This document shows, piece after piece, positions 53,446-64,000 of a stretch of 64,000 bases of DNA. The stretch comes from Lama guanicoe (lineage: Eukaryota): the NCBI GenBank assembly GCA_013239625.1, contig MU054738.1:1240001-1304000 (forward strand), given 5' to 3'. The notes under the pieces were generated by a model. It was not told the origin of the DNA. It saw only the letters and a list, made by a program, of their open reading frames with translations, and did no database searches. Positions within the stretch are counted from its first letter, which is position 1; the number at the start of each line of letters is the position of its first letter. Position numbers and translations under genes: made by a program.

Positions 53446-54467
53446 GTCGTTTTTTAAGGGGGGACTTCTGAAGCAAATGTGAAAGATAGAGAAATGAGCT
53501 GTTTGAAGTGAAAAAAATTAGTACAAACTCAATGACAAAAAGGAAGATGCTCAGAATTAAACTGCATTCGCTTGGTTTATTTTAAAGCTTGAGTGCAGAA
53601 TTCTAATAAATCCTTTCTGGGAACACATCAGACTCAGTTCTGATACAGTCTCTCCATGGGTGACTCAAAAAATATAGAAGTCAGAAGCTGTAATTCAGCT
53701 GGATCTTCAAGCAAGATGGAGAGCGAATGTCTGTACAATAGTTAGTATCTGTTGAGTGCCAAGTGCTTTGCTTGTATTATCGACTCTTCACAGGAATACT
53801 TGTGGTGATTACTACTCCTGTGCTCTTTTTTAGATGCAGATAGTGAAGCTAGAAGGGTCGGGGGTGGGGGGCAGGCATGGAGCCCAGGTGTCTGCGGCCT
53901 TATAGCCTTGCTGGTAACCATTGCAGCACATTGTACCCAGAGGCCAGAGGGATCTGTCCTTGACCTGGACACATGATCAGGATACGGGTTAGGATGACAT
54001 GGGTCAAATCTAATGAGAGATATGCACACACACATACATATGCATATATATTTGAGAAAGAAACATAAAGCTTGTATTTGGCACCAAAAAAGCAAAACCC
54101 AAAAAACACACCTTAACTTTGCAAGTAGAGATTGGGGGTAAACAGAACTTGATAGGAGCACATCTAAGATAGATGACTGATGTATTTGCCAGAGAAGCTT
54201 ATACTGATCGGACCGATCAGTGGAAATACCCTAGATGTCATCTCTAAATAACACCGAACAGATTGCACGTGAAGCATTAAATTCACTCCGGAGTATCACG
54301 GGTGGACAGAACACATTTGGTTAAGAAACACAAGACTGGTGGACTAGATGGGGGTAATCAAAGGACTTGGAGGTGTTTAGTGTAGTTGAGGGAAATAGGA
54401 GAAAAGATTTGAGAGGGTGATTCCAAAGGAGCGATCAGGCTGTCCTGGGGGCCCTCAGAAAGTCTAG

Positions 54468-54902
<435 letters not shown>

Positions 54903-55579
54903 TGATGTATAACTTTGACCAGGTGGAGGGGCCAGGTCCCACGCTCGGTTGTTGGCACTTGCTTGGTCTTGGCATTTCGCCTGCCTTGTTTCACTAGCAG
55001 GTAGTGACACGGTGGTTGGTCGCTGTGTCGGGGAATAGTGTTGAAAGTTCATCTAGGGGACAGGAGTCCCAGGGGTTGCCTTGTGGTGGCTTTGATCTCC
55101 CTTTTTAAGACTGAGCCACCGAGCACAGTGATGTGTCAGCACAGATCTCTGGGTCACCCTCTCCTCCCTGTGCTGCTGGGATGGAGGAAGATGAAGCATC
55201 TCACTGCTGGACCTCCACTCTCCTGTCACTTGGGGGCACCACTTGCTGATTGTCACAGAGCCCAGCCTGGTCCTTTGACCCTTCCTGTCCCCCTGTCCTT
55301 AGGTCAGGGGGTTGCAAAAGCAAACGCCCACCTTGGTGTGTGTGTTGGGGTGCATGCATTTGTGCACACAGGAAGTAATAGTTTGCTTGCTGGGCAGAAA
55401 CCAGCGACCTCAAGAGCATGTCTCAACTGAAGGGGGCAGTCACGCCTCAGCTCTAGGCAGCTGGAGGGATTTGAGCCCAATGTTGTCAGATTCTTCAATG
55501 AAAGTTTAAAACCTGCATTATACATGCAATCCTGAGATCTTTGGAATGTTGGCAACTTCGGTAAGTTAAAAATGCTGTG

Positions 55580-55805
55580 CTGAGCTGGAATAGGGAGATT
55601 CACAGGCAGAGGGGATGGTGCCAGGGGCTGGGGCGGGGAGGTTGTTTAATGGGGACAGAATTTCAGTTTGGGAAAGTGAAAAAGATGTAGACTGGATAGT
55701 AGTGATATTTGCACAACATTGGGAATGTACTTTATACCACTAACTGCACACTTAATAATCATCAAAGTGGTCAATTTAATGGTACATAAATTTCTCCACT
55801 AAAAA
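55580..55805 (+). mobile_element. L1MB-like 3' end
   Basis: 'gttgtttaatggggacagaatttcagtttggga...gcacaacattgggaatgtactt'. Confidence 0.75.
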
Positions 55806-57012
55806 AAGTGCTGTGTGGGTTAAGCTATTTGTGCAGGTAAGTGGGCTGTCTGTTGTTACAATGCAGCCTCTGTCCTCCAGCATCCTCAGGATGTGAGACT
55901 ACACCCTTGGCTTAATTGTGCCTTAAATCCTGCCTGGGGGTGGCGGGTGCAGCGGCGTAATGAAATTAAGGCCTTGGAGTTGTAGAAATGCTTAGCTGTT
56001 GGGTTTCAATACAGGAGTTTATGTTTTTAATTTTTACCTTGAAATAATTATAGGTTCAAGGGAAATTGCAAAACAGAAAAAAAAAGTAACTTCTCACATT
56101 ATCAGTGATTAAAATCCACATCACTTACCAGATTTCTCCAGTTTTACATGCACTCATTTGTGTGTGTGCGTGCGTGCATGCATGCATTAGCACATGTAGA
56201 TTTATGTAGCCACCATCACCATCAGGATACAGAACTGTTCCATCACAGTTCATCTTTTTTTAATCTTTGGTACTACCTTTTTTGAAACTGTGATCGTGAC
56301 AGGATTTCTTCTCCCTAAACTAAGAACTGCTGGACCAGAACATAGTCTGACTCCACTAAGCAGAAGTTTAACAGGGGGTGGGGCTGTGAAGCTGTGCACA
56401 TTCTCAGCTTCCAGTTCAGAAGGAAGGCAAGGAGCTCAAGTCCAGACCAGAGATGGGAGAAAAGTACAAGGGTGGTACAATAATGACAGAAGTTTCCTGC
56501 TGTTTCCACGTCAGCAGGTGTTTGGCTGCTAAGTTGTGGTTTCAGGTGGGAGTGTGGGAAGGCTAGTGTCTAGATGACAGAAAGGAATCTTCGTGCTGTG
56601 TTAGGTGGACTGTGTGTGGAGGGTAAATCCCACTGAAGGGCCAGCACTGCACCTGGCAATGAAGTGTCATGGGAGTGGTCAATGGTAGGGAGACCACGTC
56701 CCATCGGGACCACTGGAAGAAGCAGACTGTAGAGGATGAAGGAGGTGAGCAGTAGGAGAAGGGGTGGGGGACACCGAGGCCAGGTATGTAAGGTAGATAA
56801 GAAAACAGACTTGGTTATGGCTCCAGAGCACAGATAGGGCCCTGAACTCAGCATAACCCAGCGAGCTTGAGAACTGTGTAGGGTCCACAGAGTAGCGTGT
56901 GACTGTGGGCCACAGGGGGCTGTGGGAGGACATTGTGATGGACGAGCTCTTGAGGCCATCATGCTGGATGCTGTGATTAATGTGTGCGGTGTTCTGTTTG
57001 CCAATTCTGCAG

Positions 57013-57114
57013 ATTATTCAGGCGAAGGAGTAGACCAACTGCAAAAGGTGATTGACACAATCAAAACCAACCCTAATGACAGAAGAATCATCATGTGTGC
57101 CTGGAATCCAAAAG
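57013..57114 (+). CDS. TYMS: Thymidylate synthase exon 4
   Basis: tgcag|at [33 protein letters not shown] g|gtgggg. Confidence 0.98.
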
Positions 57115-57742
57115 GTGGGGAGCATCCCAGTCCTCCTCTTTCGTCCTGGCTGCCTGGCGCAGAGGCGCTGGGTGGGAGGCCTGCCTGCTTGTGTGACCCG
57201 GGCTGCTCACACGCGGCCCACTTTCACCTTCAAAGGAGGGCTTGGGCCCAGATGAATTAATTTGTGTATTTTTTGGCTTTAAATTGCCTGTAAAAATACA
57301 CATGAGAATTTAACATTTTAAATTGGGGCAGATGAAGTTTCAGATCACTTCCACCTCACTATTAGAGATACTTTAAACAGTTATATTGTAAAAACTAAAC
57401 TATACCAAGGTGTAATAGATGCCCAGAGTGGAATATCTGCACTTATGATTTGCATTTATGATTAGAGATTTGGAATATAGGAGGGTGTGCCTGAGACGCC
57501 AGTATACTGAGGCCCCTGTGAAAGAATTCATCCCTCCTATGCTTATAGTTCGGTGCACGAGTAATTTCAGCTCGGACGGGAGCGTGTAGCTTCAGCTGTC
57601 AGCATACATCCACAGAAGTGTCATGTTGGTGGACGGGTCTCCGTCAGCCTTAGGCCATCCCTGGGGCGGGAACGGTCCGTGAGGGGCAGGTGGGGATCGT
57701 GGGGTTCACTGGCCAGTGGCTCCTGCTCACCATCTCCGCTAG

Positions 57743-58051
<309 letters not shown>

Positions 58052-58381
58052 TGAGCTCTCAGATCCTGCAGCGTGGAGGGACTGACTGCAGGGAAGTCTG
58101 CCTCTGGTCTTTAACTGCGATACACGTACGTGAGGGACGAAGGGGCTCACTCTGTAACCTCCATGGCACTTTCCCGCCCTTGTGCTTTGTGCAGACTAAT
58201 AGGATCAGGTGGCTTATTTATTATAATTTTGATGAATCAACTTTTCTCAAAAGCGACAGTGAGTAGATTCCTTCTGAAAAGCTTTGGGGGTGTCTGCATA
58301 CTCTGTCGTGTGTTTTTACCCAATGTGTTTTAAAGGAATTGAAACTAAAACGTACTGTTCTGCTTTCTCCCGTGGGGTTAG

Positions 58382-58453
58382 CCAGGTGACTTTGTACACA
58401 CTTTGGGAGATGCACACATTTACCTGAATCACATTGAGCCGCTGAAAATGCAG
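58382..58453 (+). CDS. TYMS: Thymidylate synthase exon 6
   Basis: ttag|[24 protein letters not shown]|gtaagc. Confidence 0.98.
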
Positions 58454-59477
58454 GTAAGCAATGTGTCTGTCACGCTGTGGCACTTGGTGTCTTCTATTGA
58501 TAAAAAGTCGCTATGAGAAACACCCCTCGTGTGCTAAAAGGCTTTCTCCTGTGAGGGAGGTAAGAGGCACTTCTCCCACCGTGGGGCTTCAGTTGAGGGA
58601 TGGTGGCCAGGGACAAGGTGGACAACCACAGGCACTTAGCAGGACAGGTACTGTGAGATACTGAGTACCAGTACCAGAGAGAAAAAGCCAGACCAGGACG
58701 TTTGGGACCTTCCCAGAAGTGGCATTTTAACTTATTTTTACTTGGAACAGTGTTTAAATGTAAATATTTTCCTTTAATTTTATGCTAAATACAGTACTTA
58801 ACAGCAGTTACAGCAGCCAACAAATGATGATTTGAAATGGCAATAAAAATATTAAAGTCTATACTTAATGAATGCAATTCAAATGAAAATTCTTTTAGCC
58901 CCTCAGATTAGCTCTGGGCTTGGAAAGTTCCTTCTCTGAGGGAGTGTGGCTGCTGTGACTGGAGGCGACGCCAGGGCTCACCCAGGTGCTTCCCTGGCAG
59001 CCGCTCCAGCCGTGCCGGCCAGGGCACCCCGAGGCCGTGGCCGGTGTCCACTCCGCACTGCCGCCGTCTGCTCGGCCCGGGAATCCTGGCTGGCACCCCC
59101 TCCTGTTAGCTGTCAACACATGCCAGCTTTCCTTGCCCTTTCTGCCAGGGGGCAGTTGGGATAGGGACTAGAGGACTCAAGTAAGCATCCTGTAACTACT
59201 TTTTATTAAAGTAAAAAACTACGTGTGACCCATTCTTATAGCAGTCGACTTGAAGAACTTACACCTGGTGAGCCATCCGGCTCCTGCCACCACATGATTA
59301 TTTCACTGAGTACCCGTCATCCGCCGCGTGGGCCAGGGACAAGGTGTCTGCAGAGTTCCACCTCTGCAAATCATCACTGTTGGTGAAATGCTGTTTGTTT
59401 CACAAAGGGACACAGGGAGCAAAATGAAAGTGGGTTTTATCGATCTGGCAAAATAATAGTCTTCTATTGTTTTTCAG

Positions 59478-59615
59478 CTTCAGCGAGAACCAAGGCCTTT
59501 CCCGAAGCTCAAAATCCTTCGAAAAGTTGAGAAAATTGATGACTTCAAGGCTGAAGACTTTCAGATTGAAGGCTACAATCCTCATCCGACTATTAAAATG
59601 GAAATGGCTGTTTAA
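59478..59615 (+). CDS. TYMS: Thymidylate synthase exon 7 (total CDS 948 nt, 315 aa)
   Basis: tttcag|[45 protein letters not shown]. Confidence 0.98.
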   Translation, partial: LQREPRPFPKLKILRKVEKIDDFKAEDFQIEGYNPHPTIKMEMAV

Positions 59616-60039
59616 AGTGCTTTTAAAGGAGTTGTTTGAAGCATATTTACACCCAGGTAAAAGTTCACTTTGCTCTAAACTAGGTCAGAAACCTGTTGGT
59701 GACCTATCAGTTACTCTTCATTAACTTTTAAGGACGTTGCCACTGGTGGATAGAACTGTGCTGGTTCTCTTAAGTAGTAAAAAGGGCTCAAGTTTGTTTA
59801 ACTCACTGAGGATGTATGAAAATGTCGAGATTATGAATACTGTCAGGAAAGAGAAAATTTATATATCTTAACAAAAACATGTACATGCATTCAAAACCAT
59901 ACTCAAACTTCATAATGTTTTTTATGAAGATTGTGAGTTTCAAGAATTACATAAGCTATTCCCCCAAATTTCAGCAAGCTAAAAATGCCTAGCGTGGTTA
60001 TAAACATTTAAAGTTACATTTGTTTTTATATCTTGCTAT

Positions 60040-60045
60040 AATAAA
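60040..60045 (+). terminator. TYMS: TYMS polyadenylation signal
   Basis: AATAAA in context 'ttgctataataaagaag', GU/U-rich element downstream. Confidence 0.8.
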
Positions 60046-60685
60046 GAAGGGTTCTGCATTCATCTGGGGTTTTTGTTTAATTCCATAGTGCCATTGGTCT
60101 GCTTAGTTCCTGCCTCAAACGTTTAGCTGAACCCTCCTGAGCAAACATATGCTGTGTTCTTGTTTGGATGCTGCTTTGAAATGCAGACTAAGGTATATTT
60201 TGCCCTATTTTCTGTGATTCGTGTAATTCTAGCTGCATTTTATCATTAAAATGCAATGATTATTTAGGATAAAGTCATTTTTTAAGGGTTATAAAAATGG
60301 TCTGTGAAATAGCGTTTTACCCCCGTTAGTTTCAGTATGGAGATTTCTCTAACAACATGCTTAGACTGGGGAGGAGGAAAGCTGCCGCCCTGTCTCAGGG
60401 CTAACCTTCTCCCTCTGCAGCATTGCAGGCAGATCATGGCGACTCCAGTGCCGGGGAGAGACCGTGGTACTGCTGCAGGACTCTTGTTATGATGCTAATT
60501 TATGACTAAGTGTTAAAAAGAAAGAATAAGGAATTATTCCAACAAATAATGCAATATGCTGCTTATTTTCAAAGTACAGTTTAATGTCTAGGTACCAGCA
60601 CTGGATAGAAATTATTTAAGAACATCTTCCTGGACTTTGAGTTGGCTGGATCTAGCTTTGTTTAAGGATTATGTAGGAGAATGTG

Positions 60686-60691
60686 TTTATT
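60686..60691 (-). terminator. ENOSF1: Proximal ENOSF1 polyadenylation signal candidate
   Basis: TTTATT on plus (AATAAA on minus), ~180 nt after the ENOSF1 stop. Confidence 0.5.
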
Positions 60692-60870
60692 TACTGAAAG
60701 AACCAAGTGCTAATGATGACTGAGCTGAGGCCTGAAGTTAGTGTGACTTTCAGCTGAACTTGTTTTGAGTGGCAGGGTTTGTTTTCTTTTTCTTCTATTT
60801 TTGTAAAACCATATGCAACACACTTTAAGCCTATTCACTTAGAAAAGCAAAAGGTGTTAGAGCTGAATTC

Positions 60871-60972
60871 TTAATCCCCTTGAGCACCAAGGAGCTTCTT
60901 CCAGACTTCACCATCCGGATACTGGTGTTTCTTTACAGATTCCTCCTTCATTTCTGTTGAATAACCAGCATC
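60871..60972 (-). CDS. ENOSF1: ENOSF1 (L-fuconate dehydratase, rTS) last coding exon
   Basis: tttgctag|DAGYSTEMKEESVKKHQYPDGEVWKKLLGAQGD*. Confidence 0.96.
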   Translation of the reverse strand, partial: DAGYSTEMKEESVKKHQYPDGEVWKKLLGAQGD

Positions 60973-61594
60973 CTAGCAAAGCCAAAAAATGGTGTAGTGT
61001 TCAATGACTTTTGTTTCAGGTGGCTATTATCTTATGTATTTCTGCTGCTTCTAGAAATGCTTTTAAATCTAAGCCAGAAGCCACTGAAGTAACATTTTTA
61101 AAAGTTTTCAGGTTTGAAATGGAGGAGAGGGACACACCTCACTGTGTCTCAGGATTAGGTAGTAACCACACTCCCTTCATAGCTCGACCTCTGTTGGTGA
61201 AAATGAGCCCCATCTTGTGAACAGGACGATAAATGGCCCAGATTACACAACTGCAGTCAGAACTCTTCAGTCCACTAAAATTTCCTAGCTGGTGCCAGGT
61301 ACTTTTTTTTTGTTCGGGCGGGGGGGGGGGGAAAAAAAGTGGATGTTTCAAGGCACAGCAGGTGCAGCAAGGCTGGCATTAGAGAACCCTTATCGGGGCG
61401 ACTTCACCCCCACATCCTGACCTTCAGGCCTGGGGAATCTGACGTTGACTAGAGAGCCATTTGTTTCTAGATGCTGAAAATAGGCTGTCAGGAGACAAAG
61501 CTCTGTGCTGGGGGTGGGGGGTGGTCCTAGCTCACAAGAGCATGGCAGGGCTGGCAGCACATCCTGGGGGGGAGGCCTCGCCGGCCAGGCTCAC

Positions 61595-61676
61595 CTTAGG
61601 GGGCATGTAGGATGCCTCCTTGATTCTCACAGGATACTTGAAGTGTTCGTGCAGGTGGTCGACATACTCACACATC
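61595..61676 (-). CDS. ENOSF1: ENOSF1 penultimate coding exon
   Basis: cctag|g MCEYVDHLHEHFKYPVRIKEASYMPPK|gtgagc. Confidence 0.96.
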
Positions 61677-63205
61677 CTAGGAGGAAGGAATCGGGTTGGG
61701 GCGATACTACCTGCAGTTAGAGAGGCCGTGTGGTGCTAACTGTTAAGGCAAAGAAAGGGTAGACTGGTCAAGGCTTGGTCGAGACCACATGTCTCTATGC
61801 AAATCCTTCACCCTCTGGACCTTAGGTTCTTCTCATCTGTGAAGTAAAGCAGTGTGGGGGCTTGAATGAAATGAACCATTAAGTCCTAACTAAACGTCTT
61901 GTGACCTAAAAGGTATCAACTTAGACTCCGTAAATATTTGGGATTATTTGAATGCCTTGAGCTGAAAGATGAATAGATTAAAGTCACCAATTGAGGTCCC
62001 TTACAGCTACACAAATGATTTAGAAGAAGGAAAAGCACAGGTTTTAGGGTCAGACCAGGTTCGGTGTCAGCCACTTTTAGCTTTGTGACTTGGGCCACGC
62101 GATCTAACCCTCCTGCCTTACTGCGGTCACCGGTTAATGAACAGCTATGCTGGGCAGGCCCTGTGCCCTGTGTAATCCACAGTCAGCAGGCTGCCGATGA
62201 AGAACTGGCCCTAGGGAAGGGGGTTCCACACACCGGTGGCAGCACGGCAATGCTGTGTGACAGCTTGGGGCGTCTGTGTCTGGTGGTGGTCCTGCTTACA
62301 CAGCAGCAGCCCCAGCAGTGAGGCCGGCTTTCAGCGGGGCGTGAGGCTCTTACCCCTTCCTGGGTACGTGGGTTAGGGCTGACCCTCTTTTTCCCGTCCC
62401 TCAAAACTTGCAGGACCATCAAGGTTGGCCGGAACTCCCCCTTGGTCCTGCTTTGAGGAACTGAAGTGAAGGGGCAAAAGCAGAATAATCACGGAGTGTT
62501 CACTTTTATAGTTTAAACTATCTCAGGCATAATACTAAAACCCAGCTGAAGGAAGAGCCATTACTCTACAGTTAAGCCCCCAGCTGGTCTCAGTCCCATC
62601 GCTCTCACTCCTGAACCTGATGTTCACCTTTGCCATGTGTGTCTTTATGCTTTCATGAGGTGCTCCTCAAGATCTTACTGCAACAGAACATTTAATTCTA
62701 GGAGGAAAGAAAAGCATAATAAAGCCGTGTCTGCAGGTGACTGGAAGGAGGCTGTCCTGACTTAAAGCTCCCCTGGGACATGTTAAGAAATAAAATGGAA
62801 CTAGAAGATGCAGCCAGATCATGGCAACTCCAGTGCTGGGGAGAGACTGGACAGAAGCAAAAAGTATACATGTGATGAAAACGGGGGCTTCACAAAGTCA
62901 GAAACAGGAGCTGGTTTTGGAAAGAGTTCTGGTTTCCACCTGGTTGCAAACTGCCCCCACACTGCCATATACCTAGAAAACAGCCAGTCAGCTACCAGGA
63001 TCCCACCCTCTAGAAGAAGACAAGGAGTCTATTCAGTGGCGGGTCTCTGTTGTTACTGCCCCATGTGAAGGGGAAGCAAAACTGCATGGGAGTTACTGAT
63101 GTGCCAGGGGACAGGGTTCTTAGTGCCTCTGGTCATGAGAGCAGAATTTTTAAAGATCTGGCCTGGATTGGGAGACAGTCCTGAAGTTGATGCCACGTCA
63201 CTGAC

Positions 63206-63305
63206 CTGTCTTTAAGGCTCGCAGAGACAGATATGAAGTCGAATATAATCAGATGCTGCACCAATTCACAGAGGCCAACTCCACCAGCATGCGGGCACAC
63301 GGGAA
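63206..63305 (-). CDS. ENOSF1: ENOSF1 coding exon (PVCPHAGG motif)
   Basis: ttttag|tt PVCPHAGGVGLCELVQHLIIFDFISVSASLKD ag|gtcagt. Confidence 0.96.
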
Positions 63306-63560
63306 CTAAAACGAAGACAGATTTCTACTTAATGCCAAGTGGGGCAGAGAGGGGGACGTGAAATCGGGGGACCTATGGCTTTCCCTAGTGCCTGAGAGTG
63401 ATTAAATCAGGTTAAAAAACAAACAAACGGAGACTGAAATTCCAGGATGAAAATCATCAGACTCCCTGGTTAGGCCTAAACGAGAGTTAGGAAACAGTCA
63501 AAATAGCAAACTCCAGAGGGAAGCGCAGGAGTGCGACAGGCGGGGAAGCGGCGCCCTTAC

Positions 63561-63690
63561 CGTCAAACTTCTTGGCCATCAGCAACACCGCGAGGTTCTC
63601 GTTGACGCTCCCCAGCCTACAGCTGTCGATCTGGAGAAACTGCAGAGCTTTTGCCTGTAGGAGCTGCTTAAATATCACTCTGTTGTGGCA
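63561..63690 (-). CDS. ENOSF1: ENOSF1 coding exon; gene continues beyond the window
   Basis: ttccag|[43 protein letters not shown] g|gtaagg. Confidence 0.96.
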
Positions 63691-64000
63691 CTGGAAATAG
63701 AATTAAGATAAATCAACGGAAGAGTCAGCCTCAACCTTCAGGACCTCAAAACCTGGCACCGTGCCAATTCCGAGTGGGTCGTCAGTGGCCTCCAGGAAGC
63801 CCGGCCTGTACCCACGCTTCCTTCTCACTCCGCACACTGAGCCCCGACAGCCAGCCCGGGCCTCCCACCCACTTAACTACACATCTGCTGGCGGAACCGT
63901 GTGTCCCATGAAAGTCACACCACTTGCCACCTATGCGGGCGTGACCGCCACAGCGACTGGTAAGTGGGAGATGAAATATCAGGCTGAAATACAGGGATGG

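Noticed and set aside
54203-54221. Perfect 9-bp inverted repeat ACTGATCGG-A-CCGATCAGT
   Set aside because: About one such palindrome is expected by chance in 64 kb; no other support
59475-59483. Tandem acceptor CAG-CTT-CAG at TYMS exon 7
   Set aside because: The second AG is the conserved Leu-Gln coding sequence; no evidence of use

Overview
Mammalian genomic DNA syntenic with human 18p11.32, most likely camelid (alpaca, llama or camel), judged from the tRNA-derived SINEs and L1 3' ends. Gene order: (1) the 3' ~90% of the intronless centrin-1 retrogene CETN1 (+); (2) complete CLUL1 (+; two candidate non-coding 5' exons and 8 coding exons, 465 aa); (3) complete TYMS (+; CpG-island promoter, 7 exons, 315 aa); (4) the last four coding exons of ENOSF1 (-), converging on TYMS. 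The rest is introns and intergenic DNA rich in L1, L2, MIR, LTR and DNA-transposon relics, with four N-gaps inside L1 copies. I found no new multi-gene system. The most notable signals are: a CLUL1 terminal intron whose splicing or retention gives the same W-stop and whose acceptor is also a near-consensus donor (recursive-site architecture); a GC-AG CLUL1 intron; a frameshifted homologue of the human TYMSOS ORF; absence of human-described TYMS 5' control elements; a nested L1 insertion inside a perfect 16-bp TSD; and an alternative hairpin just downstream of the CLUL1 start exon. Comparisons with human sequences are from memory and need confirmation by alignment. Repeat boundaries are approximate unless a TSD or TIR is given.
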